DNA of 64,000 nt from Acidimicrobiales bacterium. Its GTDB lineage: Bacteria > Actinomycetota > Acidimicrobiia > Acidimicrobiales > RAAP-2. The notes under the pieces were generated by a model. That model ran no database searches and had not been told where the DNA came from. It was given only the letters and a program-made list of their open reading frames with translations. Location of the stretch: NCBI GenBank assembly GCA_052148295.1, contig JBKQIP010000174.1:16256-80255 (forward strand), written 5' to 3'. Each line of letters begins with the position of its first letter. Position 1 is the first letter of the stretch. This document shows positions 33,035 to 43,503 of this stretch, in pieces. The position numbers were made by a program, and so were the translations under genes.

Positions 33035-33648
33035 CGGGCCCCGGCTCGACGGACGGTCGGCCCGACGCGTGGATCGATGGCTGCCGGGCCGCCCACGCCG
33101 CGCTCCTGGCCGACATCGGCGGGTTGACCGACGCGGTGGCCCGGCGGCCGAGCGCCCTGCCCGGCTGGAGCGTGGGCCACGTCCTCACCCACGTGGCCCG
33201 CAACGCGGACAGCGTGGTGCGACGGCTCGAGGGGGCCCGCCGCGGGGAGGTCCTGGACCAGTACGTCGGGGGGATGGCGGGACGCCGCGACGCCATCGAG
33301 GCCGGTGCCGGCCGCCCGGCCGCGGTGCTGGTCGACGACGTCAGGGACACGGCGGCTGCCGTCGAGCGGACCATGGCGGACCTCCCGACGGCCGCCTGGG
33401 ACGGCCGCTCCCGCACCGTGCGGGGGGAGGAGACGACCTCGCGCCAGGTCGTCTTCGCCCGCTGGCGCGAGGTGGCGGTGCACCGGGGGGATCTCGGGCT
33501 GCAGCCCGGCCCGGTCCCTCTGCCCCCGGCCCTGGTGGCGGCCTGGCTCCCGGCCGAGGTGGCGGCACTCCCCGGCCGCACCGATCCGGGCGCCCTCTTG
33601 TCGTGGATCCTCGGCCGGGGCCCGGCCCCGGAGCTGACCCCCTGGTAG
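33031..33648 (+). CDS. Mycothiol-dependent maleylpyruvate isomerase-like / DinB-fold protein
   Basis: This is the in-frame tail of track ORF 31630..33648. Blocks LPGWSVGHVLTHVARNAD and WREVAVHRGDLGL are typical of the MDMPI_N/TIGR03083 family. The start is uncertain (TTG 33031 overlaps the upstream stop). Confidence 0.65.
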   Translation: MTGPGSTDGRPDAWIDGCRAAHAALLADIGGLTDAVARRPSALPGWSVGHVLTHVARNADSVVRRLEGARRGEVLDQYVGGMAGRRDAIEAGAGRPAAVLVDDVRDTAAAVERTMADLPTAAWDGRSRTVRGEETTSRQVVFARWREVAVHRGDLGLQPGPVPLPPALVAAWLPAEVAALPGRTDPGALLSWILGRGPAPELTPW

Positions 33649-33663
33649 AGGGGTGATCGCGCG

Positions 33664-34701
33664 CTACGCGTTCGCCCCGTCGGAGACGAAGGCGTCTCCC
33701 TGGCGGTCGACGGCCACGCAGTAGGTGACCGTGGGGCACGAGATGCTGGTGAACGCGTGCCCGTCGTCGATCAGGGTCCCCTTGCTCCACGTCGTGCCGT
33801 TGAAGCCGAAGACCCGACCGAGGGAGTCGACGGCACGGCAGAAGGTGGGGGTGGGGCACGACACCCCGGTCAGCCCCGAGGCGTCGGTGCCCGAGAGGGG
33901 CGGCTCGGTGGCCATCGGGGTCGGCGCCGAGAAGGCCGTCCCGTTCCACGTCAGGACGTCCCCGGCGCTGTCGACGGCGACGCAGAAGGTGGTGCTGGCG
34001 CAGGAGACGGAATTCAGTTGCCCCAGGTTGTCGGCGTTGCCCGGTTCGGTCCAGGCGCTGCCGTCCCACACCGTCGTCCCGCCCTCGACGGCCACGCAGA
34101 AGGACGGGTTGACGCAGGAGATCTCGTTGGCCGCCCCCCAGGCCCCGAGGTTGCCCGACCAGCCGCTGCCGTTCCACACGAACGAATTCCCCTCACCGTC
34201 GATCGTCATGCACCAGTTCGTACCCACGCAGTCGATGGACTCGATGCCCTGGGCGGCGGGGATGGTCATGGGGGCCGACCAGGCGCTGCCGTTGAACAGG
34301 AGGACCTGGTTGAGGTTGGGGGCACCCGCGCAGAAGGTGGGGGTGGTGCAGTCGAGGTAGGAGACCCCCGTGGGCGAGGGCGCGCTCCCCACCGGGCCGA
34401 CGTTGGTGACCCGGCCGTCGACCAGGCGGTAGGAATGGCCGGTGGACGAGCCGGTCAGGCACGTGCCGGCCACGGGGCACGAGACGACGGTGAGGTCCGC
34501 CCCGGCCGCCACCCGCACCGGCTTGGACCACACGCCGGCCCCGGCGTCGGCGGGAAGCGTGGTGGTGGTGCTGGTGGGGGGGGAGGAGGTCGAGGCCCTG
34601 GAGGTCGTCGGCGTCGCCGACGGTTTGGGCGCCGTGGTGCAGGAGGCCAGCACCACGGCGGCCGCCGCCAGGACGAGGACAGCACGGCCCGAACGGCGCA
34701 C
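33664..34701 (-). CDS. Lipoprotein built of seven ~40-aa repeats, each with a conserved Cys pair (SC-x4-5-C...AVD..G....W(N/D)G..W)
   Basis: GTG start (rc of 34699-34701) shares one base with the Lrp stop. Signal plus lipobox: VRRSGRAVLVLAAAAVVLASC, then a Ser/Thr/Pro linker. The seven repeats include VSCASTTFCVAVDSAGDVLTWNGTAFS, VSCPTPTFCRAVDSLGRVFGFNGTTWS and ISCPTVTYCVAVDRQGDAFV. A ~120-nt periodicity is visible in the DNA (gtcgacggc.acgcagaagg...). Confidence 0.75.
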   Translation of the reverse strand: MRRSGRAVLVLAAAAVVLASCTTAPKPSATPTTSRASTSSPPTSTTTTLPADAGAGVWSKPVRVAAGADLTVVSCPVAGTCLTGSSTGHSYRLVDGRVTNVGPVGSAPSPTGVSYLDCTTPTFCAGAPNLNQVLLFNGSAWSAPMTIPAAQGIESIDCVGTNWCMTIDGEGNSFVWNGSGWSGNLGAWGAANEISCVNPSFCVAVEGGTTVWDGSAWTEPGNADNLGQLNSVSCASTTFCVAVDSAGDVLTWNGTAFSAPTPMATEPPLSGTDASGLTGVSCPTPTFCRAVDSLGRVFGFNGTTWSKGTLIDDGHAFTSISCPTVTYCVAVDRQGDAFVSDGANA

Positions 34702-35180
34702 TAGTCGCGCCGGGCGGCCGGTCCCGACCCGTTGCCGCGATGGCGCGCCCACGTGTCGAGCACGATGAGGGTCTTGGTCCCCGTCACCCTCCCTCGCTTG
34801 CGGAGCTGCTCGATCACCTGGCCCAAGCGCTCGACGTCGGGCACCTGGAGCCACACCAGCGCATCGGGATCGCCCGCCGTGGTGAAGACGGCCTGAACCT
34901 CGGGCAGCTGGATGGCGGTGTCCTTGATCTCCTTCAGATCGGACGTGCCGGCGAACCGCACCTCGGTGAAGGCCTGGATGGGTCGCCCCGCCTTGCGGTG
35001 ATCGACCACGACGGTGTAGCCGGCGATCACGCCGGCACGTTCGAGCCGCTCGATGCGCCGCGTCACCGCCGAGGCCGAGAGGGACACCTTCTCCCCGATA
35101 TCGGCCATGGTCCGTCGCGCGTTCTGGGAGAGCAACTCGATGATCCGGTGGTCGGTTTGGTCGAGCTCGACGTCGCTCAT
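34701..35180 (-). CDS. Lrp/AsnC-family transcriptional regulator
   Basis: The HTH reads DHRIIELLSQNARRTMADIGEKVSLSASAVTRRIERLERAGVI, followed by a RAM/ACT-like C-terminal domain. Confidence 0.9.
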   Translation of the reverse strand: MSDVELDQTDHRIIELLSQNARRTMADIGEKVSLSASAVTRRIERLERAGVIAGYTVVVDHRKAGRPIQAFTEVRFAGTSDLKEIKDTAIQLPEVQAVFTTAGDPDALVWLQVPDVERLGQVIEQLRKRGRVTGTKTLIVLDTWARHRGNGSGPAARRD

Positions 35181-35321
35181 TGGCGTTCAGACTAACGAAG
35201 CCGGCTCAGATTGCGTATTCGCCGCGGGCCGGCGCACGGGGCTCGCCGGCCTTCGGCCACACCGACACGGCGCAGGTGCTGCGGGCCCCGAACGGCGGGC
35301 CGTCCCGGCGGGACCCGCGGT

Positions 35322-36602
35322 TCACGACCCCAGTCGGTCCACCAGCCGGGCGTCACGGGCCGAAGGGCGCCGGGCCAGGCGCTCGTCGAGGAGCGCCCTG
35401 GCCTCCTCGGCCCGGTTGGACCTGACCAGGCCGAAGAGCAGCGCGTCGTCGAAGAGCTCACGCTGGGCCCGGCTGCCCCCGATGCGCACGAACTCGGGGC
35501 GCACGGGCAGGAGCGCATCGGCCACCTCGCTCCAGGCGCCGGCGAAGGACGCGCTCGCGGCAGCGGCCACGGCATGCAGGACCGGTGCGGGTACCGGCGA
35601 TCCCCCCGCCGCCAGCCGGTCGGCCTCCTCGAGCAGCCGGCCCAGGCTCTGGTCGCCCAGCGCCGCCAGGACCACCGCGGCGCAGGCCGCGGGCAGCGGC
35701 GTAACCGGCCGCTGGGCCACCTCGTGGGCCAGCGGGGCCAACTCGGACCACGGCAGCTCCCAGCCCCCGAGTCCGTAGAGATGCCACCGCCAGAGCAGGC
35801 TGGCTCCGTCCTCCACGGCGCCCAACGCGACAGGCACGGCATCGGGCGCCAGCGCGGTGCGCCAGAGCCCACGGGCGCCCTCGGCGTCCCCGGTCGCCAG
35901 CAGGTGCAGGGCCAGATGCCAGCGCAGGTGGCGCTCGTGAAAGGCGATGGGCCGGTAGTCGTGGAGGAACGAGGTGAGCAGTTCCACGCCGTCGTGATGC
36001 CGGCCCGACTCGTAGGCCACGTGGGCCAGGCTGTGGACGGCGAAGGTGTCGTCGGGTCGCTCGGCCAGCACCTGCTCGCCGAGCCGGTGGGACTGGTCCA
36101 GGCGCCCGGCCTCGTGGCAGGCGAAGCTCCACGAGGCGGCGAAGCTCCAGTCGTCGTCCTGTCGGGGGGCCAGCCAATCGTAGAGCGCGATGATCTCCTC
36201 GCTCCGCCCGAGCAGGAACAGCACGAGCCCCACCGCCTCCCGGGCCACGTCGTCACGTGGGTACGACCGCAGGTGCGCCCGGCCCACGCTGGTGGCCGCA
36301 CCCAGGTCCAGCTCGCTCAGCGCCCGTACCAGTGCCGCTTGCCCCCGGGCCCGCTCGGTGGAGGCGCTGGCCTCGGCGGCGGCGAGCGCGGGCGTGGCGG
36401 TGACCAGGTCGCCCTCGAAGAGGGCGGCGAAGGCCAGCCCGGTGGCGGCCTCGGCACAGGCCGGATCGATGGCGGCGGCGGCGGCGAAGGCCTCGCCGGC
36501 CCCGGGTCGGCCGAGGAGGAAGAGGTCGGTGCCCCGCCGGTAGTGGGCGGCGGCGCCCGCCGACCGGGTGGACAGCGGCAGGCCGCGGCGGTCGAGTTCC
36601 AT
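35322..36602 (-). CDS. TPR-like helical repeat protein (TTC38-like family)
   Basis: Track ORF 35322..36800, trimmed to MELDRRGLPLST (rc cat 36600-36602). It is all-helical with repeated A/L-rich hairpins and FHERHLRWHLALHLL. The upstream 66 codons are low-complexity, so the start is uncertain. Confidence 0.6.
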   Translation of the reverse strand: MELDRRGLPLSTRSAGAAAHYRRGTDLFLLGRPGAGEAFAAAAAIDPACAEAATGLAFAALFEGDLVTATPALAAAEASASTERARGQAALVRALSELDLGAATSVGRAHLRSYPRDDVAREAVGLVLFLLGRSEEIIALYDWLAPRQDDDWSFAASWSFACHEAGRLDQSHRLGEQVLAERPDDTFAVHSLAHVAYESGRHHDGVELLTSFLHDYRPIAFHERHLRWHLALHLLATGDAEGARGLWRTALAPDAVPVALGAVEDGASLLWRWHLYGLGGWELPWSELAPLAHEVAQRPVTPLPAACAAVVLAALGDQSLGRLLEEADRLAAGGSPVPAPVLHAVAAAASASFAGAWSEVADALLPVRPEFVRIGGSRAQRELFDDALLFGLVRSNRAEEARALLDERLARRPSARDARLVDRLGS

Positions 36603-36827
36603 CCCACCAATCTCCCAGAGCCGGCCCCGGCCCGTCCCCACCTCCGGGGACCGGTGCCGCCGCCGCCCGACCGCCTGGGCACGATTCCCCGAAATCGCCC
36701 CCGGCGCCCCCCGACGGAGCGCCGGGGGCGTATGCTGCGGAGGTTGCAGGCGTGTCGACGGATCGCTGTTGGTCATCGTTCTCCCGCTGTCTGTGAACAC
36801 CTATAGATCCAGATGATCGGGAGGTAC

Positions 36828-36837
36828 AGGAATTCCT
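36828..36837. promoter_or_regulatory. 10-bp perfect palindrome AGGAATTCCT in an AT-enriched stretch upstream of the reductase-desaturase operon
   Basis: Read directly. It lies in the 277-bp divergent intergenic region 36603-36879, within the locally lowest-GC stretch (ctatagatccagatgatcgggaggtacaggaattcctagtcac). Confidence 0.25.
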
Positions 36838-36879
36838 AGTCACGACGGGCAACCGAGTGGGAATGCCGCGCCCGGCCTG

Positions 36880-38043
36880 ATGGCCTCCCCCTCGTCGCGC
36901 CTCCCCCGGCAGGGGCGGGACGCCACCGAGCCGTTCGACCCGGGCTCCTCGCGATCACTGACGAAGCGGATGATGCGACGGACGGTCCGTCTCTTCGACG
37001 CGGCGGCCACCCCCTACGGCGTGGATCGCTACGTGGAGCTGGTGCGCCCGTCGTGGTCGTCCACCGAGGTCAGGGCCAGGATCGTCGGGGTCGCCCGGAC
37101 CACCCCCCGCAGCGTCACCCTCACCCTGCGCCCCAACGGGAACTGGACCGGGTTCCGGGCCGGGCAGTACACCCAGCTCGGCGTCGAGATCGACGGTGTC
37201 CGCCATACCCGCTGCTACTCCATGACCAGTGCGGCCACGAACCGAGACGGCCTGATCGAGCTGTGCGTCACGGCTCACCCCGAGGGGCGGGTGAGCCGGC
37301 ACCTGGTCGACCGCGCCCGCCGAGGGGACATCGTCGCCCTGACCACCGCCCAGGGGCTCTTCACCCTGCCCGAGGTCGAGCCGTCGCACCTGCTGCTGAT
37401 CAGCGGCGGGAGCGGCATCACCCCCATGATGTCGATGCTGCGCACCCGGTGCGCCCTGGGGTGGACCCGCCCCGTCACCTTCGTGCACTACGCCCGGACC
37501 GAATCCGACATGCTGTTCCGCCCCGAGCTGGAAGATCTGGCGGACGCCCCGGGCCTCCGGCTGGTGCGGGTGTTCACCGAACAGCCGGGCGCCGGCGACG
37601 CGGACGGGTTCCTGTCGGCGGCCCAGTGGCGCCGCGCGCGGATCGGCTGGTCGACGTCGGAGGCGTTCGTCTGTGGTCCGGCCCCCCTCATGGACGCCGC
37701 CCAGGCGCTGTTCGCGGCGGGCCGGCGCGGCGACCACCTCCACACCGAGGCCTTCGGCCTGACCCAGTTCGCCGCCGAGGCGGGCACCGTGGACGGCGCC
37801 GTGCGCTTCGCCGCCAGCGAAGTCGGCTGCTCCAGTGACGGCACCCCGCTACTGGTCCAGGCCGAGGCGTCCGGCCTGACCCCCAAGCACGGCTGCCGCA
37901 TGGGCATCTGCCACACCTGCACCAGCCGGCTCTGCTCCGGCGTCGTACGCAACGTGGTGACGGGCCAGCTGACCAACGGGCCCGATGTCAACATCCGGAT
38001 CTGCGTGAGCGTCCCGGTGGGCGACGTCGAGATCGACCTGTGA
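36880..38043 (+). CDS. Ferredoxin reductase-type oxidoreductase (FAD/NAD-binding + C-terminal 2Fe-2S ferredoxin)
   Basis: FAD motif RCYS, NAD(P) motif LISGGSGITP, and 2Fe-2S cysteines CRMGICHTCTSRLCSG...IRICVS. It is the partner of the downstream desaturase, as in the mycobacterial DesA3 system. Confidence 0.85.
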   Translation: MASPSSRLPRQGRDATEPFDPGSSRSLTKRMMRRTVRLFDAAATPYGVDRYVELVRPSWSSTEVRARIVGVARTTPRSVTLTLRPNGNWTGFRAGQYTQLGVEIDGVRHTRCYSMTSAATNRDGLIELCVTAHPEGRVSRHLVDRARRGDIVALTTAQGLFTLPEVEPSHLLLISGGSGITPMMSMLRTRCALGWTRPVTFVHYARTESDMLFRPELEDLADAPGLRLVRVFTEQPGAGDADGFLSAAQWRRARIGWSTSEAFVCGPAPLMDAAQALFAAGRRGDHLHTEAFGLTQFAAEAGTVDGAVRFAASEVGCSSDGTPLLVQAEASGLTPKHGCRMGICHTCTSRLCSGVVRNVVTGQLTNGPDVNIRICVSVPVGDVEIDL

Positions 38044-38068
38044 TCCCTCCAGACCGACAGGGCCCCTC

Positions 38069-39202
38069 GTGACCACGGTCGCCGAAGCCCACGGGCTCAC
38101 GCCCGTGCAGCTCGACGCCCTGGCCGTCGAGATCGAGGACCTGCGGGCCAAGGTGGCGTCCCAGCTCGGCGCCGCCGACGTGCGGTACATCCGCCGCGTC
38201 ATCCGCGTGCAGCGCTGGTCCGAGATCGGCGGCCGGGCCTCGTTCTTCCTGGGCTTCCTCCCACCGTTCTGGCTGGCCGGGGTGGCCGGGCTCTCCCTCT
38301 CGAAGATCCTCGACAACATGGAGATCGGCCACAACGTCCTGCACGGCCAGTACGACTGGACCAACGACCCGGCCCTCTCCTCGACCGACTTCGAGTGGGA
38401 CTCCTCGTGCACGGCCAAGGGATGGCAGCACTACCACAACTACCTCCACCACACCTTCACCAACATCACCGGGAAGGACCGTGACCTCGGCTACGGCGTC
38501 GTCCGCATCAGCGGCGACACGCCCTGGTCACCGCTGAACCTGGGAAACCCGCTGTACGCGCTGGGGCTGGCCATGGTCTTCGATCACGGCATCATGTTCC
38601 ACGAGGTGGAGGTGGACCAGGTCCGCGACGGCGAGAAGTCATGGGACGACGTCAAGCCGGCCCTGCGCAACGGCCTGCGCAAATCGGGGAAGCTGGCCTT
38701 CCGGGACTACATCATGTGGCCCGCCTTCACCGGCCCGCTCTTCCTCCTGACCATGGCCGGCAACGCCCTGGCCAACCTCATCCGCAACCTGTGGGCCTTC
38801 ATCATCATCTTCTGCGGGCACTTCCCCAGCGGGGTGCTCGAGTTCACCGAGGAGGAGTGCGAGGGCGAGTCCAAGGGCCACTGGTACTTCCGCCAGATCC
38901 TCGGGTCGGGCAACATCACCGGCGGTCGCCTCTTCCACCTCATGAGCGGGAACCTGAGCTTTCAGATCGAGCATCACCTCTTCCCCGACATCCCGGCCCG
39001 CCGGTACCAGCAGATCGCCCCGCACGTCCGGGAGATCTGCCGGCGCTACGGCATCCCCTACAACACCGGCCGTCTCTCGCGGCAGTTCGGTTCGGTGATC
39101 GGCAAGATCTTCCGCTTCGCCTTCCCCTCCCGCAAGAGCCGCGACGTCTCGGCGCCCCCCGGGGCGCCACCGGGCGAGCCGGCCGAGCTCCTGGCCGCCT
39201 AG
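38069..39202 (+). CDS. Membrane fatty-acyl desaturase (DesA3-like acyl-CoA desaturase)
   Basis: Three histidine boxes: HNVLHGQ, HNYLHH and QIEHHLFP. Hydrophobic helices are present. Its TAG stop and the TAG of the convergent GH13 gene share the palindrome CTAG at 39199-39202. Confidence 0.85.
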   Translation: MTTVAEAHGLTPVQLDALAVEIEDLRAKVASQLGAADVRYIRRVIRVQRWSEIGGRASFFLGFLPPFWLAGVAGLSLSKILDNMEIGHNVLHGQYDWTNDPALSSTDFEWDSSCTAKGWQHYHNYLHHTFTNITGKDRDLGYGVVRISGDTPWSPLNLGNPLYALGLAMVFDHGIMFHEVEVDQVRDGEKSWDDVKPALRNGLRKSGKLAFRDYIMWPAFTGPLFLLTMAGNALANLIRNLWAFIIIFCGHFPSGVLEFTEEECEGESKGHWYFRQILGSGNITGGRLFHLMSGNLSFQIEHHLFPDIPARRYQQIAPHVREICRRYGIPYNTGRLSRQFGSVIGKIFRFAFPSRKSRDVSAPPGAPPGEPAELLAA

Positions 39203-40836
39203 CCGTCCGGCGGGCCCTGCTGGGCGACCACGGCCTCCCACGGACCCAGGCGCAGGGACCCGCCGACGGGTTCGCCGTCCCGCCGGCGATCGGTGCAGAT
39301 CCGCACCGAGCCGACGATGCCGTCGACCGCGGTGGCCCGATCGGCCATGTTCAGGACGACGACGACCCGCTCGCCCCGGCCCCAGGCCCACACATCGGCC
39401 GGCGCGTCCAGCGTCCGGTAGCGGCCCCGCTGGAGGTCGGGGAGCCGGCGGCGCAGGGCGATGAGGTCGCGGGCCAGGTGTAGCACGGAAGCCGGGTCCG
39501 CCCGCTGGTCCTCGACGTTGCCGGCCGCCGGATCGCCCAGGGGCAGCCACGGCCGCACCCCCGGTCGGGTGAAGCCGCCGCCGGGCGCGGCGCGCCACGG
39601 CATGGGCGTGCGGCAGGCGTCGCGGCCGGCGTAGTGCGGCCAGTACCGGACCCCCAAAGGGTCCTTCATGTCGGCGTGGGCCACGGCGGTGTCGCCCTGC
39701 CCGATCTCGTCGCCCTGGTACAGCACCGGTGTGCCCCGCAATCCCAGCAGCATGAGCAGGGCGACCCGGACCCGGCGCGGGTCGTCACCGGCCCACCGCG
39801 TGGGGAACCGGAACATGTCGTGATTCGAGCCGGTCCACGCCGGCCAGGCGCCGGGAGGCAACGCCGCCTCGGTCTCCTCCACCACGGCGCGCAGGGACGG
39901 GGCCTCGAGCGGGGCGCCGATGAAGGCGAAATTGAAGGCGAGGTGCAGCTCGTCCCCCCGGCCGTAGTAGGCGGCCAGCTGGTCCACCGGCACCGGGGTC
40001 TCGCCGATGAGCAGGCGCGCCTCGGCGTAGCCGTCGGCCACGGCCCGCCACCGTCTGATCACGTCGTGCACCTCGGGTCGGTTGGCGTTGTAGACCGGAC
40101 GCTGCCCGAACAACTGCGCCTCGAAATCGTCGTCCTCGGTCGCCACCGGGTTGTCCCGGAGCAGGGCGTCCTTGATGACGACATTGCACACGTCGATGCG
40201 GAAGCCCGCCACGCCGCGGTCGAGCCAGTACCGCATGATCCGGTCGAAGGCGGCACGCACGTCGGCGTTCCACCAATTGAGGTCCGGCTGCTCGGGGAGA
40301 TGGTTGTGCAGGAAGCACTGCCCCGAGGCGGGATGGAGGGTCCACGCCGGACCACCGAAGCTGCTCACCCAATTGTTCGGTGGCGTGCCATCGGGCCCCG
40401 GATCCGCCCACACATACCAGTCCCGCCGCGCCGACGCCCGTGACGACCGTGATTCGAGGAACCACGGGTGCCGGTCGCTGGTGTGGTTGGGCACCAGATC
40501 CAACAGGACGCGGATGCCACGGCGACCGGCCTCGGCGATGAGCCGGTCGACGTCGTCGAGCGTCCCGAAATCGGGGTGGACGGCGCAGAAGTCCGAGACG
40601 TCGTAGCCCCAGTCGGCATTGGGCGACGGCGTGACCGGCGAGAGCCAGATGCCGTCGACCCCCAGCCAGGCCAGATGGTCGAGGTGCGCGATGACGCCGG
40701 GGAGATCGCCCGTGCCGTCGCCGTCGGAGTCGGCGAAGGAGCGCAGGTAGATCTGGTAGAGCACGGCGGACGCCCACCACGGTTCGTCCCTCGACCCCTC
40801 CGGGGCGGGCCCGGCGCTCAGCGGGGTGGCCGCCAC
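39199..40836 (-). CDS. GH13 alpha-glucosidase / oligo-1,6-glucosidase-like
   Basis: YQIYLRSFADSDGDGTGDLPG, then GH13 regions DLVPNHTS, GFRIDV, IGE and SNHD. GTG 40836 is chosen because the longer track start would overlap the upstream gene by >100 nt. Confidence 0.85.
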   Translation of the reverse strand: MAATPLSAGPAPEGSRDEPWWASAVLYQIYLRSFADSDGDGTGDLPGVIAHLDHLAWLGVDGIWLSPVTPSPNADWGYDVSDFCAVHPDFGTLDDVDRLIAEAGRRGIRVLLDLVPNHTSDRHPWFLESRSSRASARRDWYVWADPGPDGTPPNNWVSSFGGPAWTLHPASGQCFLHNHLPEQPDLNWWNADVRAAFDRIMRYWLDRGVAGFRIDVCNVVIKDALLRDNPVATEDDDFEAQLFGQRPVYNANRPEVHDVIRRWRAVADGYAEARLLIGETPVPVDQLAAYYGRGDELHLAFNFAFIGAPLEAPSLRAVVEETEAALPPGAWPAWTGSNHDMFRFPTRWAGDDPRRVRVALLMLLGLRGTPVLYQGDEIGQGDTAVAHADMKDPLGVRYWPHYAGRDACRTPMPWRAAPGGGFTRPGVRPWLPLGDPAAGNVEDQRADPASVLHLARDLIALRRRLPDLQRGRYRTLDAPADVWAWGRGERVVVVLNMADRATAVDGIVGSVRICTDRRRDGEPVGGSLRLGPWEAVVAQQGPPDG

Positions 40837-41694
40837 GGTGTCAGGTCGAGCCGCGGGTAGCGCGCCGCCACGCCGCGCAGGGTCTCCTCGTTCCAGTAGG
40901 GGTGCCCGGGGGGCGGGAAGCCCAACAGGCACAGCTGCCGCACGGTGGGTCCCTGCATGAACCGGTGCCAGGCCATGCCCTCGGCCGCGCCGGGCCAGGC
41001 TTGGGAGCCCAGCCAGTCCGTCCCGGCCGGCTTGAAGGAGACGTGCAGCATGAAGCGGGCCGACGCCGGCGCGGTCATGCGGACCCCGCGGTGGTACACG
41101 TCGGGCCGGTAGGCCAGCACGGATCCGGAGGGGCCCTCGGCCGGCACCTCGGCCTGGTACAGGGGGCCGTACTCGTCCATGCTCAGGTAGGTGCGCTCCA
41201 CCGGGATGTGCCCGGTCAGCTGCCGCGACACCATCCGTGTCGCCGCGGTCTCGGTCGTGACGTCGCTCAGGTAGACGAAGAGCTCCAGGTGCTGATATCC
41301 CACATCGGCGCGCGGCACCACCAGCGTGTGGTTGCCGTAGTCGACGTGGTGCAGCTGCTCGTCGGACAGGGCGCCACCCGAGTACTTCGCGCTGAGCGCG
41401 CCCTGGTACAGGCGCAGGTCGGTGAGGCCCAGGAAGTCCTCGGCCAGATCGATCAGGCGCTCGTGCAGGACGAGGTCGTTCAGCGCGGCGCTCTCGAAGG
41501 GAAAGCGGGGCATCACCTCGTGGGAGTCGTTGCGGAAGGGATGGTTGCGCTCGGGCTCACGGTCCGCGGCGAAGTCCTCGGCCGTCGGGAACAGCTCCGG
41601 CAGCACCCGCTGCGCCGCCTGCACGGCCGCCGCGGGCAGGTAGCACTTCAGGAGACACCATCCCTCCGTCTCCCAGCGTTGCTTGGCCCCGGGC

Positions 41695-41702
<8 letters not shown>
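40818..41702 (-). CDS. Phytanoyl-CoA dioxygenase (PhyH)-family Fe(II)/2-oxoglutarate oxygenase-like protein
   Basis: This is the real part of track ORF 40818..41975, from GTG (rc cac 41700-41702). It overlaps the ettA stop by 8 nt. The H-x-D block is LHHVDYGNH, with a later HRG histidine (VYHRGV). Confidence 0.6.
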
Positions 41703-43374
<1,672 letters not shown>

Positions 43375-43503
43375 GACGCACAGTGTGGCCCACGGGATCC
43401 CGGCCGCGCCCACCGGGGGTCCCCGGCCGCGCCCGCCCGCCCTGGCCGCGCCGGTGTTCGAGAACCCGCTCGGCCCTCCGGCCGACCGCGGCCCTGCCCT
43501 AGC

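Noticed and set aside
35227-35251. 8-bp stem-loop ggccggcg-N9-cgccggcc between the TPR gene end and the Lrp gene start
   Set aside because: It has a GC-only short stem and no U-tract in the minus-strand direction. It is indistinguishable from background GC-rich self-complementarity.
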